Below, piece after piece: positions 8,129-19,378 of a stretch of DNA of 59,081 bases. Made by a program: the position numbers and the translations under genes. The notes under the pieces were generated by a model. It ran no database searches. It saw only the letters and a list, made by a program, of their open reading frames with translations, and was not told the origin of the DNA. The DNA lies in contig JBKJIS010000028.1 of the NCBI GenBank assembly GCA_046598305.1, forward strand, positions 1-59,081, read 5' to 3'. The stretch comes from Thiobacillus sp. (GTDB taxonomy: Bacteria > Pseudomonadota > Gammaproteobacteria > Burkholderiales > Thiobacillaceae). Each line of letters opens with the position of its first letter. The first letter of the stretch is position 1.

Positions 8129-10786
8129 ATGACCGACACGTTCAACACCCTCGATACCTTTTCCTCCGGCAAGCGCGATGTCCAGTTCGCCTCGCTGAAA
8201 AAACTTGAAGCCGCGCTGGACCTATCGGTAGCGCGTTTGCCAGTGTCGATCCGCATCGTGCTGGAATCGGTATTGCGCAATTGCGACGGCGTAAAGGTGA
8301 CGCCCGCACACGTTAAACAGGTGGCGAGCTGGAAACCGAATACCGATCGCACCGATGAAATTCCCTTTACCGTGGCGCGGGTGATCCTGCAGGATTTCAC
8401 CGGCGTACCCTTGCTCGCCGACCTCGCCGCGATGCGATCGGCCGCCGCACGCGCCGACAAGGACCCGAAGAAAATCGAGCCCCTGGTGCCGGTGGATATG
8501 GTGGTTGACCACTCCGTCCAGGTCGACAAATACGGCAGCGCCGACGCACTCGACCTCAACATGAAGATCGAATTTGAGCGCAACCAAGAACGCTACCAGT
8601 TCCTGAAATGGGGAATGCAGGCGTTCGACACCTTCAAGGTGGTGCCGCCCGGCGTCGGCATCGTGCACCAGGTCAACATGGAATATCTGGCGCGTGGCGT
8701 GATGGAAAAAGACGGCACCGCCTACCCCGACACGCTGGTGGGCACCGACAGTCACACCACCATGATTAACGGCCTCGGCGTGGTCGCCTGGGGCGTGGGC
8801 GGCATCGAGGCAGAAGCCGCGATGCTGGGCCAGCCGGTCTACTTCCTCACCCCCGATGTGGTGGGCGTCAACCTCACCGGCCGCGTCAAGCCGGGCGTCA
8901 CCGCCACTGACATCGTATTGACCCTCACCGAACAGCTGCGCAGCGCCAAGGTCGTCGGCAAGTTCGTCGAGTTCTTTGGCGAAGGGGCTGCCGCCCTGCC
9001 GGTCACCGACCGTGCAACGATCGCCAACATGGCGCCCGAATATGGCGCGACCATGGGTTTCTTTCCGGTTGACGAAGCTACCTGCCAGTACTTCACGGAT
9101 ACGGGCCGTTCGGCTGAGCAAGTCGACCTGATCCGCGACTACTACCAGGCACAACAGCTGTTTGGCATTCCGAAAGCGGGCGACATCGATTATTCGCAAA
9201 CGCTTGCGCTCGATCTCTCCACGGTCGAGCCTTCCATCGCCGGCCCCAAACGGCCGCAGGATCGCATCGCTCTGTCTGACGTCGAAACGACCTTTGGCAC
9301 ATTGATGCAGCAGCCCCTGGACGGCGGCGGCTACGGCAAAACCGAGGAGGACCTGCGCCGGACTTACGCCATCGAAGGCGGTGGCGAACTCCGGCATGGC
9401 AGCGTGGTCATCGCGGCCATCACCTCATGCACCAACACTTCCAACCCCGGCGTCATGATCGCAGCCGGCCTGCTGGCGAAGAAAGCCGTCGAACTCGGCC
9501 TCTACACCCCTGCTCACGTCAAAACCAGCATGGGCCCCGGTTCGCGCGCAGTGACCGAATATTTGAAGACAGCCGAATTGTTGCCCTACCTGGAAAAACT
9601 TGGGTTTAGCGTGGTCGGCTACGGGTGCACCACCTGTATCGGCAACTCCGGCCCCCTGCCCGAAGCCGTTGAAAAAACCATGCTCGACAATGATCTGGTC
9701 GCCTGTTCGGTACTCTCGGGCAACCGCAACTTCGAGGCGCGCGTTCACCAGAACGTCAAAGCCAACTTCCTGATGTCGCCGCCGTTGGTTGTCGCCTTTG
9801 CGCTGGCCGGGCGCGTCCCCTTCAACCTCGAAAAAGAGCCTATCGGTTCAGGCAAAAATGGCCCGGTGTATCTGAAGGACATCTGGCCGAGCAACGAGGA
9901 AATAGCTGAACTGCTGCATTTTTCAACCGAGAAGGGTGTCTATAAAGCTTATGCCGACGTGGGCGCCAATAACCCCCTGTGGGACGCCATATCTGCACCT
10001 GAAGGCGCCGTCTACCAATGGGATACCGCTTCAACCTACATCCAGGAACCGCCCTTCTTTATCAATGAAGCCCCCACCAACCCGGTCATCAAGGGCGCGC
10101 GTACACTCGCCATTTTTGGTGATTCCGTTACCACCGACCACATCAGCCCGGCTGGCGGCATCAAGCCAAGCTCACCCGCTGGCGCCTACCTGACCGAGCA
10201 TAAAGTCCAACAAGCCGACTTCAACAGCTACGGTGCGCGACGCGGTAACCACGAGGTGATGATGCGTGGAACCTTTGCCAACGTGCGCATCAAGAACCTG
10301 ATGGTCCCGGGTAGTGAGGGCGGCGTCACCCTAAAGGACGGTAAAGAGCAATCCATCTACGACGCGGCCATGCAATATCAGTCTGAAGGCATGCCGTTGA
10401 TGGTCTTTGCAGGTGAGGAGTACGGAACCGGCTCCAGCCGTGACTGGGCCGCCAAGGGCACCACCCTGCTGGGCGTGAAAGCGGTGGTTGCCAAGAGCTT
10501 CGAGCGCATCCACCGCTCCAACCTGGCTGGTATGGGGGTGCTGCCCTGCCAGTTCAAGGAGGGGGTCGATGCCGCGACCCTGAAGCTCGACGGCAGCGAA
10601 ACCTTCGACCTCGAAGGCGCCGAATCCGGCATCGTCGCCCAGCAGGATGTGACGCTGGTGATTCATCGTGCTGACGGCACCACCGAACGCGTCGCACTCA
10701 AACTGCGAATCGACACACCGATTGAGGTCGAGTATTACAACAAGGGCGGGATTCTGCCATTTGTGCTGGAACAGTTGATGGGGTAA
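8129..10786 (+). CDS. acnA: Aconitate hydratase A
   Basis: [56 protein letters not shown]. Confidence 0.97.
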   Translation: MTDTFNTLDTFSSGKRDVQFASLKKLEAALDLSVARLPVSIRIVLESVLRNCDGVKVTPAHVKQVASWKPNTDRTDEIPFTVARVILQDFTGVPLLADLAAMRSAAARADKDPKKIEPLVPVDMVVDHSVQVDKYGSADALDLNMKIEFERNQERYQFLKWGMQAFDTFKVVPPGVGIVHQVNMEYLARGVMEKDGTAYPDTLVGTDSHTTMINGLGVVAWGVGGIEAEAAMLGQPVYFLTPDVVGVNLTGRVKPGVTATDIVLTLTEQLRSAKVVGKFVEFFGEGAAALPVTDRATIANMAPEYGATMGFFPVDEATCQYFTDTGRSAEQVDLIRDYYQAQQLFGIPKAGDIDYSQTLALDLSTVEPSIAGPKRPQDRIALSDVETTFGTLMQQPLDGGGYGKTEEDLRRTYAIEGGGELRHGSVVIAAITSCTNTSNPGVMIAAGLLAKKAVELGLYTPAHVKTSMGPGSRAVTEYLKTAELLPYLEKLGFSVVGYGCTTCIGNSGPLPEAVEKTMLDNDLVACSVLSGNRNFEARVHQNVKANFLMSPPLVVAFALAGRVPFNLEKEPIGSGKNGPVYLKDIWPSNEEIAELLHFSTEKGVYKAYADVGANNPLWDAISAPEGAVYQWDTASTYIQEPPFFINEAPTNPVIKGARTLAIFGDSVTTDHISPAGGIKPSSPAGAYLTEHKVQQADFNSYGARRGNHEVMMRGTFANVRIKNLMVPGSEGGVTLKDGKEQSIYDAAMQYQSEGMPLMVFAGEEYGTGSSRDWAAKGTTLLGVKAVVAKSFERIHRSNLAGMGVLPCQFKEGVDAATLKLDGSETFDLEGAESGIVAQQDVTLVIHRADGTTERVALKLRIDTPIEVEYYNKGGILPFVLEQLMG

Positions 10787-10842
10787 GCGCTGCAAGCAGC
10801 CTGGTTTCGCTGACGCAATTGAGCAAGAGCAAAGCCATCACC

Positions 10843-11038
10843 GAGATACCCAAACATCAGCGCCAGCTACATCGCCCGGCACTCAACATTGCTAGTGGGG
10901 TCGGTAGAATCAAATGCCGTGCGAAATGATGCGATGGCACAAGCGCATCTGAAATACGGCTACACGCTGACGGAGATCAGCAAGAAAGTGGGTTTGCACC
11001 ATGCTACGATTAGTCGCCTGATTAAGGCATTGGAGTAA
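10843..11038 (+). pseudogene. Frameshifted C-terminal HTH remnant of a RAYT/TnpA-Y1-like transposase
   Basis: EIPKHQRQLHRPAL, a frameshift, then ...RNDAMAQAHLKYGYTLTEISKKVGLHHATISRLIKALE*; no N-terminal HUH domain. Confidence 0.55.
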
Positions 11039-11112
11039 ATGTGCCAACAGGAGAGGAGCGGCGCGTATCTCGGTAAACTGATACGATGCGCCGCCCTCGC
11101 AGGACCGGAGCA

Positions 11113-11270
11113 AACTGGCACCCCTTCGCTCCCGCAGCATTACCCGCGTTCATCGCTACTATGGGCACCTCCGACTCCCCAACATCACCGTCTTCTCCCT
11201 CGCTGTTTAAACTTGTCGCAAGGTGCACGTTCTTTTGCGCCAATGCTGGAGTCTCCTTGGTTAACGTCTG
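11113..11270 (-). mobile_element. Group II intron ribozyme remnant (domain II-III region)
   Basis: Minus strand reads GGAGTCGGAGGTGCCCATAGTAGCGATGAACGCGGGTAATGCTGCGGGAGCGAAGGGGTGCC, matching the bacterial group II intron J2/3-DIII pattern; no RT ORF or DV/DVI follows. Confidence 0.65.
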
Positions 11271-11509
11271 CTTCGCCACAAGTCCAGGAAGCAATCATTC
11301 CAGATCGTGTTTTGGGTCACGGTCATTTCTCAATTGCTGCGCCCTTGCATGGTTCGTCACGGCCTCGGGGAGCTTGGTGCTGCGTTCCATGTCGGGTATG
11401 GCATGACAACGGGCGATGGATTTCGCGTTGTGCTTTAGCTCCAACCCTTTAGCCTGCACCTCAGGCAGTCAGATCAATATCAATGAGCGCCCAGGTAAAC
11501 TGCATCCCC

Positions 11510-11890
11510 ATGAAAACTCTTTTTTCCCTGATCGAGTCGCCCTTCCACCCCGATTTCCGGACCTTGTATCAGAAACTGGGCATTGCGGAGGAGCGTTTCG
11601 ACACGGCCCGCAATCTTCACCGGGCGATGCAGAAACAGAGCCCGGATTTCTTCGTGGGGGAATTCATCTACGGCTGGGGCAACAATTACGCAGGCGCGAA
11701 CGTCTCCAATCTGGATGTCACCCTGCGATCCTTGCAATATCTTGCGCCACAGGCGAAGTTGATTGTGTTTATGCAGCCCAGTGAAGAACCGCATATCCGC
11801 AAGCTGCTGGAGCTGTTTTCCATCCATGCCGTGTTGACTTACCCGGTGTCCGAGCAGGCGATGCAGGCGGCATTGGATAGACCGGCGTAA
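11510..11890 (+). CDS. Hypothetical protein, degenerate receiver-like fold
   Basis: Single alternating beta/alpha domain (PDFFVGEF...AKLIVF...VLTYPVS); Glu where REC proteins have the phosphoacceptor Asp (inference). Confidence 0.6.
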   Translation: MKTLFSLIESPFHPDFRTLYQKLGIAEERFDTARNLHRAMQKQSPDFFVGEFIYGWGNNYAGANVSNLDVTLRSLQYLAPQAKLIVFMQPSEEPHIRKLLELFSIHAVLTYPVSEQAMQAALDRPA

Positions 11891-11988
11891 ATCCGTTTCC
11901 CGCCACGCATTCAGCGGAAAAATGGAGCCGAGCCCCATTTTTCGGTAAAAAGGAGGCAAGGCTGAACGCACCCGGCCTTCAAATAACC

Positions 11989-12016
11989 CTAAAGCCTTGG
12001 AGCGCAGCGACGAAAA
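11989..12016 (+). promoter_or_regulatory. Candidate sigma28 (FliA) promoter
   Basis: CTAAAG, with TAAA-N15-GACGAAAA versus consensus TAAA-N15-GCCGATAA, upstream of the kinase/DGC genes. Confidence 0.45.
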
Positions 12017-12111
12017 GTAGGGTGTCTGACAACAATTATTCGTATGGGTAAGCGCACGAAAAACATGTCTGAATCTTGTGAAAACAACGCCGTAGAGCGC
12101 TGGCTACGCCA

Positions 12112-14544
12112 ATGAAGCTACGCAAGCTTTCCATCTGGTTCTCAGTGGGGGTGCTGCTGGTATTGGGCACCAACATGGCGTGCATCGTGCTGATCGATCA
12201 GGCGTACAACAGGATGATGGCTGCGCAGGAGCACCGGCAAGAGTCCATCCAGGTGTCCAACGAACTGCAACAGGAGACCGAGCAACTGACACGGCTGGTG
12301 CGCGCTTATACGATCACCGGCGAGCCACGCTATCTGTTTTATTACTACGACATTCTTGCGGTTCGCCAGGGCGAAAAGCCGGCGCCGACGATGTTTAATC
12401 CCGCGACTTATTGGGATGATGTGATTGCGGGGCGCATTCAGTATGCGCCGCCCACGCAGGGTGAACGGCATGTATTGAAGGATCGGATGCGTGCCTTGGG
12501 GTTTAATGCGCAGGAGCTCAAGACGCTAGGACAGGTTTTCGCGGCCACCGAGGCGATGAAGCAAACCGAGCAAATTGCCTTTGCAGCAACACAGGGTCTG
12601 TACGACCCGGATCAGCAGGATTTCGTTTCCGAGGGGACGCCTCACCTCGACTTTGCCAGCAAACTGGTGCACAGCCAAAACTACAGCGTGTTGAAGTCCG
12701 ACTTGGCACACGCTGTTAATACGCTGAAGGAACAGGTCAGCAGCCGCACCCAGAGCGAGGTGGCGCAAGCGACCGCACGCTTGCAACGACTCATTGCCGT
12801 GTTGCTGGTGAGCATGGTCGTCACGATCGGCCTGGTTGTGTTGGCGCTCATTACGGTGCGCCGCCAGGTACTGCAGCCGATTGAGCGACTCAGACTGTCT
12901 GCAGACAAACTGACGGCAGGCGACTACTCCAGCCGTTCACACTCAGGTTTGATCCGCGGCGCGGGTGTCGAAGAACTTGCCGTGCTGGGCGAGACGTTTG
13001 ACGCCATGGCGCTATCCATTGAGGCTGATATCGGGCGTCGCCAGGCGACACAACACGCATTGGAAGCGGCGCGCGATCAAGCGCAGAACGCGACCAAGGC
13101 AAAGTCGATGTTCCTGGCCAACATGAGCCATGAAATCCGCACGCCGATGAACGCCATCATCGGAATGGTCTACCTGGCCCTGAAAACCGATTTGAATGCG
13201 CGTCAGCGCGATTACATTTCCAAGGCCCACGGCGCTGCCAGGATGCTGATGGAGATCATCAACAACATCCTGGACTTCTCCAAGATCGAAGCCGGCAAGC
13301 TGGAACTGGAACACAGCCGCTTCCTGGTCGAGGAGGTCGTCGCTAACGCACTGACCTTGTTGCAACAGCGTGCCTATGAAAAAGATGTCGAACTGCTGTT
13401 CGACGTGGGGGATCCCCATCTACTGGGCGAGAACGGCGCCTTGCTGGGTGATGCGTTAAGACTGAGCCAAATCCTCACCAACCTGTTGGCCAACGCGATC
13501 AAATTCACCCATGATGGTCATGTGAAATTGGCGGTAAGCAGCGAGGATCAGGACAGCGAATCGATGACGCTCCGTTTTTGCGTCAGTGACACCGGTATCG
13601 GCATGACGGACGAACAGGTGGAGAATTTGTTCCACGAGTTCACCCAGGCGGATGGTTCAATCACCCGAAAATATGGGGGGACCGGTCTGGGGTTGGCAAT
13701 TACCAAGCGTTTTGTCAGTCTGATGGGCGGAGACATCGGGGTGGAGAGCAAGCCGGGTGTAGGCTCACGCTTCATGTGCACCGTTCGTTTCATGCGCGCG
13801 CCGCAACGCGCTCCGGTCCCGCTGCATCTGCCCGGCGTACAGAATCTGCGCGCCTTGGTCGTGGACGATCAAGACGAAGCACGTAGGGTATTGGTTAATA
13901 TGCTGCGCCATTTTGGCGTAGGCCAGGCGCTGGAATCCGGTATTGATAGCGCCACAAATGGAAAGGCCGCGCTTGAAATGATTGAACAGGCGCGACAAGA
14001 AGGGCGCGCTTATCATCTTCTGATGCTGGATTGGGTCATGCCCGACATGAGCGGTGAGCACGTCTTGCGCAGCCTGCATGAACACCACCCCGATATGCTG
14101 CCTGTGCCGGTTATCGTCTCCGCCTACGATACGGATGCGATGCACGCTACCCTCACCGGATTAAATGCACGTCTGTTTCTGTCCAAGCCGGTGTTGCCCG
14201 AGGCGCTCCGGCATTTGCTGAATGCAGAAACGGGTCATGCGCCCACGATCAAACGTGAACCCCTCATGCCGGAGTCTGGTTTGGCAGCACAGGTTCCGCC
14301 CGCACCGCTGCCGCAAGAATGGAACACCGCGTCAAAGGAAACTGCCCTGTCAGGCCAATGGCCAGACTGTTTGCCCCGGCTTAGAGTGTTGCTGGAGGAG
14401 TGCAGTGTTGAGGCGGTAGAACTTTGGCAAGCCAACCAATCCGCATTTGCAGGCAAGATGCCATTACAAACCGTGCACCGCATCTCGGTGGCGCTGGATC
14501 ATTTTAACTTTGATGTTGCCCTGGCTTTGTTGCCAGAGCGCTGA
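12112..14544 (+). CDS. Hybrid sensor histidine kinase (2 TM, HAMP, HisKA, HATPase, REC)
   Basis: [31 protein letters not shown]; REC VVDD...[10 protein letters not shown]...SKP. Confidence 0.92.
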   Translation: MKLRKLSIWFSVGVLLVLGTNMACIVLIDQAYNRMMAAQEHRQESIQVSNELQQETEQLTRLVRAYTITGEPRYLFYYYDILAVRQGEKPAPTMFNPATYWDDVIAGRIQYAPPTQGERHVLKDRMRALGFNAQELKTLGQVFAATEAMKQTEQIAFAATQGLYDPDQQDFVSEGTPHLDFASKLVHSQNYSVLKSDLAHAVNTLKEQVSSRTQSEVAQATARLQRLIAVLLVSMVVTIGLVVLALITVRRQVLQPIERLRLSADKLTAGDYSSRSHSGLIRGAGVEELAVLGETFDAMALSIEADIGRRQATQHALEAARDQAQNATKAKSMFLANMSHEIRTPMNAIIGMVYLALKTDLNARQRDYISKAHGAARMLMEIINNILDFSKIEAGKLELEHSRFLVEEVVANALTLLQQRAYEKDVELLFDVGDPHLLGENGALLGDALRLSQILTNLLANAIKFTHDGHVKLAVSSEDQDSESMTLRFCVSDTGIGMTDEQVENLFHEFTQADGSITRKYGGTGLGLAITKRFVSLMGGDIGVESKPGVGSRFMCTVRFMRAPQRAPVPLHLPGVQNLRALVVDDQDEARRVLVNMLRHFGVGQALESGIDSATNGKAALEMIEQARQEGRAYHLLMLDWVMPDMSGEHVLRSLHEHHPDMLPVPVIVSAYDTDAMHATLTGLNARLFLSKPVLPEALRHLLNAETGHAPTIKREPLMPESGLAAQVPPAPLPQEWNTASKETALSGQWPDCLPRLRVLLEECSVEAVELWQANQSAFAGKMPLQTVHRISVALDHFNFDVALALLPER

Positions 14545-14548
14545 AGCG

Positions 14549-15475
14549 ATGGAAAACAATCCCATGCCTGCCGAGACAGAACGCGCGACCGTATTGTTGG
14601 TGGACGATGTCCCCGCCAACCTGAGTCTGTTGAGCAATATTTTGCGCGATGACTATCGAATCCAGTTAGCGACCAGTGGTGCCAAGGCGCTGGAACTGGT
14701 GGCGGCCGGTGCACCTGATTTGATTCTGCTGGATGTGATGATGCCGGACATGGATGGCCATGAGGTCTGCAAACGCCTCAAATCCGACCCCAAGACCCGC
14801 GATATTCCGGTGTTGTTCGTCACGGCTCAAAATCAGGTTGAGGATGAGGAACTGGGCCTGACGCTGGGCGCGTTGGATTACATCCACAAGCCTATCAGTC
14901 CACCCATCATCAAGGCGCGGGTACGCAATCACATTGCACTGAAACTGCAAACCGATGCGCTAAAGCGTCTTTCGCTTTTCGATGGCCTGACCAACATTCC
15001 CAATCGCCGGCATTTCGATAACACCATAGATAACGAGATGCAGCGCGCGCTTCGGACGCATCATCCCCTGTCCCTGTTGATGATCGACGTGGATTACTTC
15101 AAGCCGTTTAATGATTGCTATGGCCATGGAACGGGCGACGCGTGCTTGATTCAAATCGCCCAGGCCATGCAGGCTGTCATGAATCGTCCGATGGACTTAT
15201 TGGCGCGTTATGGGGGTGAGGAGTTTGTCACGCTGCTTCCGGGAACCAACCTGGAAGGTGCCTGCACCGTAGCAGAAATGTTGCGCCAGACTGTGGCCAA
15301 CTTGCACATCCCCCATGCCCTGTCGCCGATTGCCGACCACGTCACTATCAGCATCGGGGTGGCCTGCCGAACGCATTCCGACCCAAAGTCGACGAGTTAT
15401 GTGCTGAGACGGGCCGATCAGGCGCTCTACCAAGCCAAGCAAACGGGACGAAACCAGGTACGCTTCATTACATAA
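14549..15475 (+). CDS. Response-regulator diguanylate cyclase (REC-GGDEF)
   Basis: REC LVDD/LLDVMMP/KP; DGLTNIPNRR; RxxD I-site (RPMD) five residues before GGEEF. Confidence 0.92.
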   Translation: MENNPMPAETERATVLLVDDVPANLSLLSNILRDDYRIQLATSGAKALELVAAGAPDLILLDVMMPDMDGHEVCKRLKSDPKTRDIPVLFVTAQNQVEDEELGLTLGALDYIHKPISPPIIKARVRNHIALKLQTDALKRLSLFDGLTNIPNRRHFDNTIDNEMQRALRTHHPLSLLMIDVDYFKPFNDCYGHGTGDACLIQIAQAMQAVMNRPMDLLARYGGEEFVTLLPGTNLEGACTVAEMLRQTVANLHIPHALSPIADHVTISIGVACRTHSDPKSTSYVLRRADQALYQAKQTGRNQVRFIT

Positions 15476-15490
15476 AAAAGGGGGATTTGA

Positions 15491-16579
15491 TTGAAAATAA
15501 TTTGGCAAAACTCACCTTGGCTCGTCGTGTTTGTATTGGCGCTGATTGCCTGGAAATTCCCATCGTTGTTGCCTTGGATACTCCTGACGGCGACCCTGTT
15601 CATGTGCGGGTTCATGCCCAGGCGAGGTCTGATTGGCCCCGTGTGCTTGCCGGCAAACGATGCCTTTCTACCCGCCGAGAAGGTTCAGTGGTGGTATTGG
15701 ACAGGGCATCTGGAAACCGAAGACGGACAGCGCTTTGGCTTTGAGGTGGTTTTTTTCAGCTTCGATGCATTTCTGTTCATGCGCGATCAGTTGGTGCAAG
15801 CAGCCATTACCGATGTAAGCGGCAATCGCTTTGAATTCAAGGAATTTGTTGAATTTCATCTCCCTGACAAAACACCCAATGGCTTTAAGCTCAGTTCCGA
15901 CGCGGACAAATCAGTCACCGCCACGGGCGGCAATGGCACCGATCATTTGCACAGCGCAATAGGCGACTACGTGCTGGATATTGACTTGCAGTCGACCAAA
16001 GCACCCGCGCTGCACTACGGTGGCGATGCGCATCCCTATATTTTTGGCGGCTACACCTACTATTACTCGCGCACCCACATGGCGACAACCGGCACCTTGA
16101 GCATCGCGGGAAAATCCTGCAAGGTCACGGGAACCAGCTGGTTTGATCGCCAATACGGCGAACTGTTTCAAGCCATCAACCAGGGCTGGCAATGGTTTGC
16201 CATCGAACTGACAGACAATCGCCAGATCATGCTGTTCGACTTCAACGGCAGCGACGCCAACGTGGAGAAATCGGGCTCGATCACCGACGCCGAAGGGCGC
16301 ACCACGAATCTCGCCGCCCATCAATTCGACGTGACGGTTCTCGGCCATTGGACCAGTCCCAGAACAGGATGTGTCTATCCTTCCGGTTGGACGGTCACAA
16401 TCGGAAGTGAAACGTTTACAGTGCAGCCCAGCGTACAAGACCAGGAGCTATGCGGACACCATAGCTTCTGGGTCGGCCCTGTGTATTGGGAAGGCGCGTG
16501 TGACGTCAGCGGCGAAATGAGCGGAAAAGCCTATGTCGAACTCAATGGCTACTGTAAATGCCCCAAGCCAACAATTTGA
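15491..16579 (+). CDS. AttH/CrtC-like lipocalin-fold protein with N-terminal membrane anchor
   Basis: QWWYWTGHL..FGF, YYYSRT, GTSWFDRQ, GWQWF, YPSGW, YWEG, YVELNGY. Confidence 0.75.
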   Translation: MKIIWQNSPWLVVFVLALIAWKFPSLLPWILLTATLFMCGFMPRRGLIGPVCLPANDAFLPAEKVQWWYWTGHLETEDGQRFGFEVVFFSFDAFLFMRDQLVQAAITDVSGNRFEFKEFVEFHLPDKTPNGFKLSSDADKSVTATGGNGTDHLHSAIGDYVLDIDLQSTKAPALHYGGDAHPYIFGGYTYYYSRTHMATTGTLSIAGKSCKVTGTSWFDRQYGELFQAINQGWQWFAIELTDNRQIMLFDFNGSDANVEKSGSITDAEGRTTNLAAHQFDVTVLGHWTSPRTGCVYPSGWTVTIGSETFTVQPSVQDQELCGHHSFWVGPVYWEGACDVSGEMSGKAYVELNGYCKCPKPTI

Positions 16580-16719
16580 GCCGCAATCCAGGGAAACAGA
16601 CTACCCATTATGATGTTCCGGGTTCTAATGTAATAATTCAAAAAAACAAAAGACGGAGATGGACTGGTTCCCAAGAAAACCAGCCGACTTTTTTATCCAG
16701 ACTCAACCTGACCCTAGCC

Positions 16720-18003
16720 ATGCAACAACGGTTGCGTAACCGCATTCACTCGCTTGCTTGCCTGCTGTTAAGTACGGCAAGCCTGTCTACGCACGCCGTT
16801 GATTTTTCGCTGTCGGGCTACGGCACGATAGGCTATGCGCAGTCTGATCAGGACAACACCTACCAGCGGTTTATTGATAAAGACGGTAGTTTCAAGCGTG
16901 ATACCGTTCTGGGGGCACAGCTGGGCGCCCGATTCAATCCTGAATGGAGCGCAACGCTACAGGCCAAACTGGCCCCCGCTGCAGACAGCAGTCAAAGCGC
17001 AAAGGCGACACTCAGCTGGGCATTTCTGTCGTATCGGCCATCCGATGACTGGCTGTTTCGGGCAGGAAAACTACGCATCCCCTTCTACCTTAATTCCGAG
17101 AATGCAGATGTAGGCACGACCTATACTCCTGCACGCTTGCCCATCGAAGTGTATTCGACCGCCGCTACGGTGGATTTTCTCGGGGCATCATTCGCCAAGA
17201 CATGGCAGCTCAATGAAAAAGAGCTGATTCTCGATGGCTACTGGGGTAAAGCCAATGATGCGGCATGGCGCTTCTACGCACGCGACCCCAATGCCCCCCC
17301 AGTACAACTGACGCCAGACGGCCAGCCGGGCGAATTCTTCGCCAAGTTGAATACTGAGTCCGGAGGCTTTCGGCTGAGCCTTAGCCAGGGGGGGAACACT
17401 TTCCTCGCGGGTGTCCATCGTGCCGTAACCACGCCACGCGGCAGCCCAAACCTGGGGCCTTCAACTTATGTTCCTGTGCCTGCACCATTTTCACTCCCTG
17501 GAAATCTCTACGTACCAGCTGCGGACGCGTTAAAAATCACCACCACCACCGCCCATCTGGGGGCAAGCATCGATTTGGGGCATGGCTTCCGCACATTGGG
17601 CGAATACGTCAGGCGCAAAAATTCGGGTTCAACCCTTGCTCCCGACAGCAAAGGCTTTTACCTGACCCTGCAAAAGGATCTCGGTAGCTGGACCCCCTAT
17701 CTGACCTACGCCAGGCTCACCACTAAAAACCGCGGCCTGTATCAGGCGCTGAATAGTGCACAGCCATCATCCTCACCCTTTAACGCTTATGAACGAGCAA
17801 TAGCCGACACCATCGTGGTCTACGACCAGGACTCGTGGGCGCTGGGTACGTCATACGCACTCAATAGCAAAAGCAAAATCAAGGCCGAATGGTCTGTCGT
17901 ACAAACCGGCGTAGCGTCCAGTTTCGTTGATGCCTCCCCCGGCGGCGAGTCAGGCGATCAACACATCAATGTGCTTTCTCTCTCTTACAACTTTACGTTC
18001 TGA
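16720..18003 (+). CDS. Outer-membrane beta-barrel (porin-like) protein
   Basis: Signal peptide, SLSGYGTIG, WAFLSY, RAGKLRIPFY, C-terminal YNFTF beta-signal. Confidence 0.75.
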   Translation: MQQRLRNRIHSLACLLLSTASLSTHAVDFSLSGYGTIGYAQSDQDNTYQRFIDKDGSFKRDTVLGAQLGARFNPEWSATLQAKLAPAADSSQSAKATLSWAFLSYRPSDDWLFRAGKLRIPFYLNSENADVGTTYTPARLPIEVYSTAATVDFLGASFAKTWQLNEKELILDGYWGKANDAAWRFYARDPNAPPVQLTPDGQPGEFFAKLNTESGGFRLSLSQGGNTFLAGVHRAVTTPRGSPNLGPSTYVPVPAPFSLPGNLYVPAADALKITTTTAHLGASIDLGHGFRTLGEYVRRKNSGSTLAPDSKGFYLTLQKDLGSWTPYLTYARLTTKNRGLYQALNSAQPSSSPFNAYERAIADTIVVYDQDSWALGTSYALNSKSKIKAEWSVVQTGVASSFVDASPGGESGDQHINVLSLSYNFTF

Positions 18004-18014
18004 GGGAGACAGCC

Positions 18015-18425
18015 ATGATGAAAACAAAACTCAAGCTGATCTTCACCCTGCTGGCATTTTCGCTAGTTGAAGCACATGCACAAAACGTGATCATCATCGG
18101 CCATGCCGGCTTAAACAAGCTCAACACGACCACCGTACAAAGAATATTTACCGGGAAAGCGGTCGAGGTAGACGGGGTGCATGTCACTGCGATCAATCTA
18201 AAGTCGGGTGCGCTACGGGATCGTTTCCTGCAACGCTACCTGAATCAAGACGATGACAAATACACCGCTTATTGGACGGTACGCCGCTTCATCGGCAAAG
18301 GTAACCCGCCCAAAGAGTTATCGAGTAGCGCCGAAGTGATCGATTTTGTGAAAAACACACCTGGTGCCATCGGCTATATCGATGAGGATGAATTGAAACC
18401 GGGTTTGAATGTGGTGAGCCGTTAA
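18015..18425 (+). CDS. Small periplasmic PstS/PBP-like protein
   Basis: Signal peptide; IFTGK...YW....FIGKG.PP...EVIDFVKNTPGAIGYI. Confidence 0.75.
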   Translation: MMKTKLKLIFTLLAFSLVEAHAQNVIIIGHAGLNKLNTTTVQRIFTGKAVEVDGVHVTAINLKSGALRDRFLQRYLNQDDDKYTAYWTVRRFIGKGNPPKELSSSAEVIDFVKNTPGAIGYIDEDELKPGLNVVSR

Positions 18426-18529
18426 GCAAACACGTCCGAACAACAGGAGACCGCTCACACCCCGGTTTTCACTTCATGCTTTCGCCTCATCCCATTAGCT
18501 CGCACCCCTGGCTGTCAGGACAATAGTCA

Positions 18530-19375
18530 ATGCGCATCACTCCATTCCAGTCGCTTGCCTGTCCATTGGACGGCACGCCGTTGCATTGCAGCGGCTCCGC
18601 CTGGCGCTGCACTTCGGGCCACAGTTTTGACATCGCCAGTCAGGGCTACACCCATCTATTACCGGTTCAAAACAAACGCTCTCGCGACCCAGGCGACAGC
18701 AAGGAAATGATCGCGGCGCGTCGACGTTTTCTCGCGGTCGGCTTTTACCAGCCGATCGCCGCCGCGGTCAGCCGGGCCGTGCTGGCCGATCTGCCCACTG
18801 GCGTAACAAGCAGCTGCCTCGATGCCGGATGCGGCGAGGGCTACTACCTGCGCCAGCTGGCCGCGGCGGTAGCGGATGCACAAACACTGGCGATTCTGGG
18901 GCTGGATATCTCAAAATGGGCCATCTTGTCGGCAGCAAAACAGGATAAACGACCCAACTGGGTGGTGGGCAGCAACGCCAATCTTCCGGTGCTGTCAGGC
19001 ACGCTGGATCGCGTCCTGTGCATGTTCGGCTTCCCCGTGTATGGGGAGTTTGCGCGGGTGCTGAAGCCTGGTGGCCAACTGGTGCAGGTCGATGCCGGGC
19101 CCGATCATCTGCGCGAACTGCGCGAAATCATCTACCCCAGCCTGAAACCGGAACGTGCGGCAGAGATGCCCACACCGAAAGGCTTCAACCGTTTCCCCTC
19201 GGAAACGGTCCGTTTCTCGATTGAGCTGACCAGCGCCGAGCAGATTACCGACCTGCTGACGATGACGCCGCATCTCTACCGCGCCAAGGCCGAAGGTCGT
19301 GCGCAGGCCGCGGCGCTGACGGCCCTGTCGCTCAGCGTGGATGTACGCCTGACGGGCTTTGAACGATTGCCCTAG
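18530..19375 (+). CDS. RlmA-like rRNA (guanine-N1) methyltransferase
   Basis: Zn ribbon CPLD...C..GHSFD..QGY, PGDSKEM..ARRRFL, LDAGCGEGYY, MTPH. Confidence 0.85.
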   Translation: MRITPFQSLACPLDGTPLHCSGSAWRCTSGHSFDIASQGYTHLLPVQNKRSRDPGDSKEMIAARRRFLAVGFYQPIAAAVSRAVLADLPTGVTSSCLDAGCGEGYYLRQLAAAVADAQTLAILGLDISKWAILSAAKQDKRPNWVVGSNANLPVLSGTLDRVLCMFGFPVYGEFARVLKPGGQLVQVDAGPDHLRELREIIYPSLKPERAAEMPTPKGFNRFPSETVRFSIELTSAEQITDLLTMTPHLYRAKAEGRAQAAALTALSLSVDVRLTGFERLP

Positions 19376-19378
19376 CCG

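Noticed and set aside
4180-9397. Long antisense ORFs (4180-5229, 5912-7156, 8222-9397, and similar ones over sat and aprA)
   Set aside because: Shadow frames of GC-rich, codon-biased housekeeping genes; no motifs.
11022-11452. ORFs 11022-11294, 11039-11452 and 11086-11406
   Set aside because: They overlie the intron RNA remnant and show no protein-family features.
11941-12060. c-di-GMP riboswitch upstream of the kinase/DGC operon
   Set aside because: The GEMM core (GGCAAA..GAAA..GCAAA) was not found; a sigma28-like promoter explains the sequence better.
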